DNA of 64,000 nt from the human T2T-CHM13v2.0 reference genome, Homo sapiens. The position numbers were made by a program, and so were the translations under genes. The stretch lies in NCBI RefSeq assembly GCF_009914755.1, contig NC_060929.1; one strand, given 5' to 3'. The notes under the pieces were generated by a model. The model was not told the DNA's origin. It saw only the letters and a list, made by a program, of their open reading frames with translations, and did no database searches. How positions within the stretch are numbered: position 1 is the first letter of the stretch; each line of letters starts with the position of its first letter. Below are positions 54,820-64,000 of the stretch, piece by piece.

Positions 54820-57155
54820 CTATTGAAGGACAAGTACAAATAAAAATTAAATATATTTATGGTATACAACATGATGTTTTTATATATGTAAACATTGTGA
54901 AATTATTAAATCAAGCTAGTTAACATATCTACCACTTCACTACTTATCATTGTTGGTGGTGAGAACATTTAAGATCCATTCTCTTAGCAATTTTCAAGTA
55001 TACAACATATGATTGTTAACTATAGTTAACAAGCTGTAAAATAGATCTCCAGAACTTATTCATCCTGTCAGACTGAAACTTTGTATCCTTTGACCAACAT
55101 CTCTCCATATTCTCCCTTTCCCACCCCGCAGTCCCTGGCAACCACCATTCTACTCTCTGCTTCTGAGTTTGACCTTTTCAAGATTCCACATTTAAGTGAG
55201 ATCATGAATTATTTGTCTTTCTGTGCTTGGCTTATTTCACTTAGCATAATGTCCTCCAGATCCATCCAATTGTAGCAAATAACAGGATTTCCTTCTTTTT
55301 TAAAGGCTGAATAGTATTACATTGTGTATATATACCACATTTTCTTTATTCATTCATCTGTTGATGGCCACTTCAGGTTGATTCCATATCTTGGCTATTG
55401 TGATAATGCTGCAATCAACATGGGAATGCATATATATTTCAACATACTGATTTCATTGCCTTTGGATATATACCCACAAGTGGAATTGCTGGAGCATATG
55501 GTATTTCTATTTTAAATTTTTGAGAAATCTCCACACTGTTTTCCATAATAGCTGTACTAATTTACATTCCTACTAATAGTGTACAAGAGTTCCCTTTTCT
55601 CTACTTTCTCACCAACACTTGTTGTCTTTTGACTTTTTGATACCAGCCATCTAAAAGATGTGAGGTGATATCAAACTGTGGTTTTGATTTGCATTTCTCT
55701 GATGATTAGTGACATTGAGCACCTTTTCATATTCCTATTGGCCATTTTTATGCCTTCCTTTGAGAAATATCTATTCAGGTCCTTTGCCATTTTTAAATAG
55801 GGTGGTTGTGTTTTTGCTATTGAGTTGTGGGAATTTCTTATCTAATTTTGGATATTAGTCCTTTATCAGATTTATGGCTTGCAAATATTTTCTGTTATTC
55901 CATAGGCTGCCTTTTCACTCTGTTGATTGTTTCCTCTGCTGTGCAGATGCTTTTTAGTTTTATATAGTTCAACTTGTCTACTTTTGCTTTTTTTGGCCGG
56001 TATTTTTGAAACCATCTCCAAGAAATTATTGCCAAGACCCATGTCAAAATTTTCTCCTATATTTCTTCTAGGATATTTACAGTTTCAGGTCTTATATTTT
56101 AGTCTTTAAGTCTAGATTAAAGAGACTGTACTTTCTCCATTGTGTAATCTTGACACCCATGTCAAAGATTAGTTGGACTATATGTGTGTGAGTTTTTTTC
56201 TGGGCTCTCTATTCTGTTCCATTGGTCTATATATCTATCTTTATGGTAGTACCATACTGTTTTAGTTACCGTACCTTTGTAATATATTTTGAATCAGGAA
56301 ATGTGATGCCCACAGCTTTGTTCTTCTTTTTCTAAATCACTTTGGCTATTGTGGGTCTTTTGTGATTCCATATGAATTTTAGAATCATTTTTTCTATATC
56401 TGTAAAAAAATCTCACTGGGATATTGATGGGAATAGCACTGAATGTGCAGATTAGTTTAGGTAGTATGGATATTTTAACAATATTAACTCTTATTATCCT
56501 TGAACATGGAATGTCTTTTATTTATTTGCGTCTTTCTTTCATCAATGTTTTAAAGTTTTCAGTGGAGAAGTCTTTCACCTCCTTGATTAAGTTTATTCCT
56601 AAGTATTTTACTCTTTTTTGTGCTACTATAAATGGAATTTTTACATTTCTTTTTTAAATAGTTCACTGTTAGTGTACAGAAACACAATTGATTTTTGTAC
56701 TTTGATTTTGTGTCCTGTACCTTTACTGAATTAATTTTTTAGCTCTAAAGGTTTTTTGTGGAGTCTTTACCGTTTTCTACATAAAAGATTATGTCATGTG
56801 ATGATTTTACTTATGCCTTTCCAATTTAGATTTCTTTTATTTCTTTTTCTTACTTGATTGTTCTGGATAGGACTTCCAGAATTATGTTGAGTATAAGTGG
56901 CAAGAGTGGGCATCTTTCCCTTGTTCCTGATCTTAAAGGAAATTGTTTTCAGTTTTTCACTACTGAGTATGATGTTAGCTGTGGGCTTATGATACATGGT
57001 CTTTATTATGTTAGGGTATATTCCTTCTATATCCAGTTTGTTGAGTGTTTTTGTCATGAAAGGGTGTTGAAGTTTGTCAAATGCTTTTTCTGCTTCTACT
57101 GAGGTGATCATGTGATTTTTATCCTTATTCTATTAATGTGGTATATCACACTTGA
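54820..57155 (-). mobile_element. L1MA-type (L1MA8/9-like) 5'-truncated LINE-1 with ORF2 remnant
   Basis: L1MA 3' UTR (tggtgagaacatttaagatc, ctgaaactttgtatcctttgaccaacatctc). ORF 56794-57111 contains [20 protein letters not shown]...KPTANII, matching the L1 ORF2 RT domain. Internal deletion near 56110. Confidence 0.95.
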
Positions 57156-57369
57156 CTCTTAACAAGTAACGGGAAGTTTAACTATGTAGAAGATTCTTGT
57201 ATTTTTCAAAAGCTTGGCTTTCAAGATTATTGTGCCCACCATCTCTTTCCCTGTGGCAACCAACTTTAAAAAGGAACCCAGGTAAATAGGATTTGTCAGG
57301 GAATTTCTTGAAAGGAAGAATAAGAAAAACTAATTTAATATTTTTAAAATATCCTCCACTGAGTTTATG

Positions 57370-57565
57370 GACAGCAAACTGTTGTGTGCTAACCATACGC
57401 GAGGCACTATGTGCTTCTCAGGCTTTTTCTCATTTAATTCTCACAGTGCTCAATGAGTTCTTCACTTATGAGGACACCAAGTCTTAGAGAGGTTATAGAT
57501 CTTGCTGAAAATCATATAACTAATCAGAAATGGAGCCAGGATTTGAGCCCACGTGTTCAACTTGA
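57370..57565 (-). mobile_element. MIR
   Basis: tctcatttaattctcaca...atgaggacac...tggagccaggatttgagccca. Confidence 0.75.
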
Positions 57566-59524
57566 CCTTGAAAGAGTCAAGACAACTTGTAAGAGTACTG
57601 ACATGTGTCACAGTGTTGTAGAAAAGACAGAGGGGCATGGACAAGAAAATCCATGTCATGTTCAAGACTGTGTACCACAAATCTCATTATACCCTGTTTT
57701 CCCATGCTTTTCACTACAATTTTCATGCCCCATGAAACACAAATCAAAGTACTGCTCACTGGAAGAGTGTTCCACAAAGAAGAACCAGCTGAAAGTTTGG
57801 CAGGAGGAGATAGAAGGAGGAAGGCATGGAATGTTTACAAAATATCAATTTCTAGGAAAAAAACCTGCTTAGTGAGTTCATTAATTTTTCACCTACACCA
57901 CTTTGAAGAGAATTTTAATGAGCCATTATTGGAAATTTGTAAGGGGCCTATATTTTGGGTGCTATATTTTTATTGGTTTCCTTTTTATAAAGAGGCAAGA
58001 CCAAAGTACACAGTGTTCAGATGACTTGCTTAAAATGGGAGGCATCTGAGTCACAGAAGTAAAGTTAAATTCTCTAAGCTTCCGGTCCCATAATATCTTT
58101 CCTTAAATACACTTTTTCCTCCAGCTTCACTTTTTCAATATCACAGGATGATTCTGTAGGAAGAAGAAAATCCATCTGACCTGCCTACACTCTAGTGAAG
58201 CAACCTCCTTGAAACCCATTTCTTTTCATACTCCAGAGAAATTATGTTTGAAACAACAGAGGTGGTAGAACTTTGCAAAAAGTGAAAATCCATTGATCTT
58301 TTAAAGATCCAGAAAGCAATGTTTCTTAAAATACAGATCAATAGCATAAGACCATATTTTAATATTGTCATGTTTACCCACTCATACTATTTATACCTTA
58401 GTATGTGCTATTAGGAGTGAAGAAAAGCAAATAGTCAAACTTGTCTAAAGAGAAATGACAATAGATTCCGGAATAGCAGTAAAAACAATTAAGATTAGTA
58501 GCTGATACAAATGAAAACATCTTAGGTTACTTAAGAAGGGTTCTTTTATATAATCAAAGGTAGTAAGAAGAGATGGAATTAAGACTCCAAACAGAAACAA
58601 ATTAGGGGAAGCATGAAAAAAATGGAGCAAGAATAGTTTTGAATACATAAAGAGGAGGAAGACATAGGAGTTCAACATCCCTGTTGAGACAGAACTCAAG
58701 TAAATTTTCATAAAAGTGGGAGAAATGGCTTGAGAAATGAAATTACTTTTTTGTCTAGGTGTGTGATGCAGGATCAGTGGGGATGGATGCCAGATACAGG
58801 CATATTTCCCAAGGGAGGAAGAAATAGAAAACAAAGTGGGTTTCCTGCCGGAACAGGTGGTGTGTTGACATGTACACATCTGACAGCCGGGCTTTTGAAG
58901 CTTTCCAAGGGTCTGACCAGGCCAGTCTGAGTTGTCTGTAAGACTTCAGGGAAAAGCAACACAGGGGAGTCTCAGTGATGTGGTTTCAAATGTCTTTGGA
59001 CACATGAGACATAGCAGTTGTGGGTAAGGAAAGTAATGGGGCATCCTGCTATTGAGCACAAGGCTGAAAGCTGGGTTAGACTCAGTCACAGCTCATGATT
59101 TGATATTCTCAGCCATCCATTATAAGAAAGGAGCCAAATGTCTGTTTAAATCTAGGTGCAGGCAGATATTAACTCACTAAACTCCCCTTGACCTTCTTAA
59201 ATACTGGAAAAGCTTTATCAGGACTTTCTCTTTCTTCTTCTTTTCTTTTTGGGGGGCGGTAGTGGTAGTTAGTAAGTAGGAGGGTGGGCCTGAAATTAGG
59301 AATGAATACAGAAGGTGGGAGTGGAAGGCTAATGTGCAATGTTTCTGCAAAGTTTAGAATCTTGTTTTGTTTGAATAACAGGCTTTCCTATGCTCTGTGA
59401 TTGGGACTCTGTAAGTGACATACTTAAGCAATCACAAAAATGACAGTTTGGGGCTAGATTTGGGATGAAACTATCAAACCAAATAGTGATGACTGGCGAA
59501 TAATGTTTTTGACCCTGAATTATA

Positions 59525-60245
59525 GTTGAGGAGCAGTAGTCATGGTATAAGCATAGGCTAAGGATAAGATTGCTTGCTGTTTGAATCCCTATCCTGCTTC
59601 TTGATTGGGTGATACTGGATATCAAACTGTGTGATCTTGTGTAGTGGTCCCTTAATTTCCTCCATTATAAGGCATGGATAATAGTAGTACCTATCTGTGG
59701 CAGAAACATTGTTTGTGCCTACTCTCCTGGTTCTTTTCTTTCCTGGAACAATGGAAAATCATGTTTCCCATTCTTTCTCTGCATCTATGTGGGACCATGT
59801 GACTAGCTCTGCCCACTGGGATGTGGGCAGACATGGCTAGCTACATCAGTACTAATTTGACCCCTAAAACTTTCCACAAGATTTTCCATGCCTTTTCTCT
59901 CTTCTCATTGTCTGCTGGCCAGTTGTAGAAGATCCAGGAGAGGAAGATTTAGGACTCTGAAGCTGTTGCTGCCTCCCTGAAACATGGCGTGAACATTTGT
60001 CTTCCAATCATCAGATTTACTGTGATGTAAGCAAGAAATAAATCTTTTCTTGTGGGAAGGCATTAAGATTTGGGGGACATTTGTTATAGAAGTCAGCCTA
60101 CTCTAATACTATTTCAAAGTATTAGTCACTCTTGACTAAAAACTATATATTGGGGTTGTAGTGAAGATTAAATGAGTTACTGTATATAAAGAGTACTATT
60201 ATAGAACGGTATCTGGCATATAATAAGCTCTTGATAAATGTTATC
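59525..60245 (+). mobile_element. MIR split by an MLT1 LTR
   Basis: 5' part tttgaatccc...ctgtgtgatcttg...gataatagtagtacctatc; resumes near 60145 with ggggttgtagtgaagattaaatgag...tggcatataataagctc. Confidence 0.75.
59696..60110 (+). mobile_element. MLT1I-like MaLR LTR
   Basis: tgtggcaga...gggaccatgtgactag...gcaagaaataaa...atttgggg...tttgtta. Confidence 0.8.
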
Positions 60246-60699
60246 TTGCATATTATAAGTGTAGAATTGGTTGGTTGGGTCAATCCAAGAACCCCACTTG
60301 GTCCATTAACTTGAAGAAATGCTATTTGCATCTTCTTAGCAAATTTGAATATAGACTGGGCCACCCATCCCTCATAGTTACTACTGGGTTCTATGATGAG
60401 CTTCATTTAATCACTTTGGGTCAGATTAAGCATGGCACTATGTTCGAATGGTTGGAAATCTGTGAGGACTTCTAAGTATCAGACATTCTACTATTCATAG
60501 GTGCCTTTTCATAGGGGCCTAAGATTCAGATGGACAATAGGTCTTTTAGGTTCTGTTCAGTAATTTTACAGAAGTCATCACATAAACTGAATACTTATGC
60601 TGAAGGGCTCTGAGAAGGCTTAAAAATGCTATATGCAAAGGGCTTAGCACCAAACCTAGACCAGTTTTAAACTCATGCTAGGAATGTAATAAATAGTAG

Positions 60700-60757
60700 T
60701 TATAACAATAATAATAAATACATAAACCACCACCACCACCATCATCATCACCATCAT
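60700..60757. repeat. Compound (AAT)/(CAC)/(CAT) trinucleotide repeat
   Basis: aataataataa...accaccaccaccaccatcatcatcaccatcat. Confidence 0.8.
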
Positions 60758-62024
60758 TTGAATACCTCTTTTCTTCTGAGAACTTCAAGACTGTATCTAT
60801 ATCATACTTTCTACCTCTGGCATGCCATTTTATATTCTGACACTGTTATGGCCTTGCTTATTACATAATACCATCTTTTTAAATATTTTATCTACCTCTT
60901 GCCTACTTTGACCAGAGGCCATTACTTGTTCTTATATTTGCTTGACCTAATGAGGCTAACTTGTCCTTGCCCTCTTTAAAACAACCTTTATGTATTTGCA
61001 AACTCCACACTGGTGTGTTATTGGATATCATGCATTAGATATGCAATATTACCCATTGAGATCTCAGTGATAATTAGTCAGGGGAAGGTGATTTTTTTTG
61101 AAAGAAATGTTAGTTTCAACTCTGAAATTCCCTTTTCTTTAGTAGGTGCAGGTCGATAGGTAAAGGCCTTAATGTTTCTTTAATGTATAGATGAGCAAAT
61201 CTAACTACTTTTAGGTTTGGCAAACTTTATCTGGCTATTTTCAAGAATTATATGGCTGGCAACTCCTCAGATGTATTCTGCCAAATGCTTTCTCTCCTTA
61301 ACCTGTGTGTGTGTGTATATTTCAAAGGGAATTTAAGCCACAAATTTATTTATTAATTTTATTACAATTAGATTTATTATTTATTATTACTTAGCTGATT
61401 TATTAATACTTAGCTGATCAAATATGTGGTATTTGTCTTAGTCAACACTTACAGGTTCCAAATTCTGTTTCTCTGACCCAGGAAACCCTGAGAGGTTGGC
61501 AGCAGCCACCCCCTAAAGAACAAACCAAACTGGTTGTCTGAGCCTGGGAAGAAGCTAGCCCACATCTTTCCTTTAGATAGGGTTTTAAATGATATTTTGT
61601 CCCTTGGAATTCTCAGAGGTGAGGAAAAAGATATGTTTCCAAATGTCTGTTAGTTGATATCAACCTAAAATGGAAGCAGCCCCAGGTATTCTAAATGGAA
61701 GAGGTTTGGGAGCAGCAATGTAATTGAAGAGTGTCGATGTGTCTTGTCCTGGAGCCCAGTTTACATAACTCTTTACATAAGATGGAGAAAACATCTACTG
61801 TCCATATCGAGGAATGAGTAGAGGTAATGGAGTGGGGAACTGGGAAGGAGTGGACTATGGCAGTCATGGAGAATCTTGGCTGCCACTACTTCACTGCTTT
61901 TGACCTAACAATATCACACTTTGGATCTAATATCTTGAGGACTGAAGTCTCCAGAATCAACAGGAACCACTCAAATACTGGGTAGGCAAAGAGTGACAAT
62001 TAAAGACAAACCTTTGCTAAAAGG

Positions 62025-62682
62025 TGTACATCAAAAACAAAATTCTAAGCCCCCCAGCCAACTGAATAGACCCCTTCTGTCAGCCAAGGGCATTCTAAAG
62101 TAAACCCGAAACACGAATTTGGGCCATGATGGGAATGGGTGGTAGGACATGCCTCATTACAGCTTTCTCCCCTTGGAATTCAGACACATCTGACCAGCAT
62201 TAACATTAAAACAGAGACCTTAGAACTAACAGAATAGACTCTGTAAGACTGATTAAAAAAAAAACATTTGTAATCTATTCTCTCTGAAACAGCCACCTGG
62301 AGGCTTCATCTGCATAATAAGAACTTTGGTCTCCACAACCCCTTATCTTAACCCAGACACTCCATTATATTGATTCCAGGTCTTTAGATAAATTATTTTA
62401 ACCAATTGCCAATCAGAAAACCTTTGAATCCACCTGTGACCCAGAAGTCCCCCACCCCACCCTTTGAGTTGTCCCACCTTTCCAGATCAAACTAATGCAT
62501 TTCTTACATGTATTGATTGATGTCTTATGTCTCCCTAAAGTGTGTAAAACCAAGCTGTAGTCCAACCACCTTGGGCACATGTTGTCAGGACCTCCTGAGG
62601 CTGTCCTTGGGCTTGTCCTTAACCTTGGGAAAATAAACTTCTAAATTGATTGAGACTTGTCTCAGATGCTTTTTGGTTTACG
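62025..62682 (+). mobile_element. MER4 (A/B-like) ERV1 solo LTR
   Basis: Starts tgtacatcaaaaacaaaattctaagccccc (MER4 start); ccaccttgggcacatg...caggacctcctgagg; AATAAA at 62632-62637; ends ttggtttacg. Confidence 0.92.
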
Positions 62683-63109
62683 AGAGATATTGACTTCATG
62701 CCATACTCATGGACTAGTTAAATGCCCAGGTTTTTTTTGTGATTCATTTTTTCTTTTTTGGTAATTTTTATAATATTGGATTTCTTCTGAAAGATGACAG
62801 AGCACTTTGTGTGTGTGTATATAGGACATCCACTCTGCAAATATTCCAGGGGCAGGCTTGTCTCCTAGAAAGGTAGGTTGGAAAATTCAGTAGATTTATT
62901 TTGACTATTTGCTAGAGAATGGCATGATCTTACCTGAAAAAGATAGGAAGCAGTCTTGGGACTGTTGTCAAAACTAACAATGGTGCAGTTATTTGTGAGT
63001 TTAAAAGCCAGTTTTCAACTAGTGTTTTAAAAGATGCACCTCCCTCTCTACCTCCAGAAGATACCCATGGAGAGCAAAGTAAATGTATAAAAGAAAAATG
63101 TTTGAGACC

Positions 63110-63421
63110 TGCTTATGGGGCTGAGGGCAGCTTCTAGGTCTGAGGGTGGCCTTTGGCTGAGAGTTGGCAAGTAACTGGAGCCTTCAGTCCTACAACTGCA
63201 AGGAGATGAAGTTCGCCAACAAATTGAGTGATCTCAGAAGCAGATTCTTCCCTAGTTAAGCCTTGAGACACTGACTGCAACCTTGTGAGACCCTGAGCTG
63301 GGGACTCAGCTAAGTGGTACAGGGATTTGTGACTCACAGAAGCTGTGAGGTAATAAGTGTGTATTATTTTAAGCTGCTACACTAGTGGGAGTTTGTTATG
63401 CAGCAATAGAAAACTAATACA
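63110..63421 (+). mobile_element. MLT1D/E-like MaLR LTR, 3' half
   Basis: cagtcctacaactgcaagga...ccttgtgagaccctgagc...tttgttatgcagcaatagaaaactaataca. Confidence 0.88.
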
Positions 63422-64000
63422 CCATGTAGCTATCAAAATTGTTTCTGCTACTTATGAGTTTCATATTGATGTATGAAAAGAAAGCTGAGTTATAGTCAAC
63501 TGATATTATTAAACAGTACAATAAGCCATAATTTTACTAGTGCTAAGTTACTACCAGCATAAAATGAGAAACATTAAATTGGGGCTTGCCTTTCCCCTCT
63601 TTCAGCATAGTTAGAAAAAACATCTGTCCCTCAGGCATTTGGATGCTGCATCAAGGGACATGTTTTGTTAGAACAAATAGAACCCAATACACTGCACCTT
63701 TCCCTACCCTAGAAGTCACTATCAGAATTGTCTTAAGGCCCCCATCCAACTGTATGAAATAATTAGGGCAGCCTATATGCCTTTGCATTTGCACCGACAA
63801 TTGACTATGATTTGCAATTGGGTACATGCAGTTTTCAAAATCTCATGCTCATAATGAAATACACACTTCTTACTGTGACTTACAAGGCCTACAGAATCCA
63901 ACACACCCTTTTGTCTCTGGACCCCTCACTGGCCTCCTTGTCAAGTATGTTTGCCCTACCTGACACACAGACTGAGATCTTATGCCTACTTCCAGGGCTT

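Noticed and set aside
56794-57111. Reverse-transcriptase-like ORF as a functional RT gene
   Set aside because: It is a frameshifted fragment of L1 ORF2 in a truncated, internally deleted L1MA.
57453-58024. Two overlapping 139-aa ORFs
   Set aside because: They start in or beside a MIR, with no domain similarity or splice support.
58430-58740. A-rich stretch resembling an L1 ORF1/HAL1 remnant
   Set aside because: Only compositional resemblance; I could not align a motif.
60385-60480. Box C-like ATGATGA suggesting a C/D snoRNA
   Set aside because: No box D (CTGA) or terminal stem at a suitable distance.

Overview
This is primate (human-like) nuclear DNA with no recognisable protein-coding exon, RNA gene, CpG island or CRISPR array; it reads as intergenic or deep-intronic sequence. 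It is rich in transposon remnants: eight AluS/AluJ copies, one free right Alu monomer, many MIR and L2 pieces, L1M fragments (the largest about 2.3 kb), hAT DNA transposons (MER5, MER20, Tip100-like) and ten further LTRs or LTR fragments (LTR8-type x2, MST, THE1B, MLT1 x5, MER4). The most structured object is an ancient non-autonomous ERV1 (MER4-group) provirus on the minus strand at about 19105-24993. It has two diverged LTRs, a tRNA-Ser(GCU) primer-binding site, a leader splice donor and a decayed gag start with a myristoylation signal. It was later hit by an Alu and by an MST LTR that was itself split by an LTR8A. Candidate regulatory elements are an AP-1/GC-box/kB cluster (about 2.5-2.75 kb), CTCF motifs (28682, 46998) and a CCAAT-CRE-GT-TATA arrangement (about 49.8-50.0 kb). 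The supplied ORFs are chance or repeat-derived, except the L1 ORF2 and gag remnants. I found no evidence of a previously undescribed biological system. Repeat subfamily names come from recalled consensus sequences, not a database search, and boundaries of old repeats are approximate.
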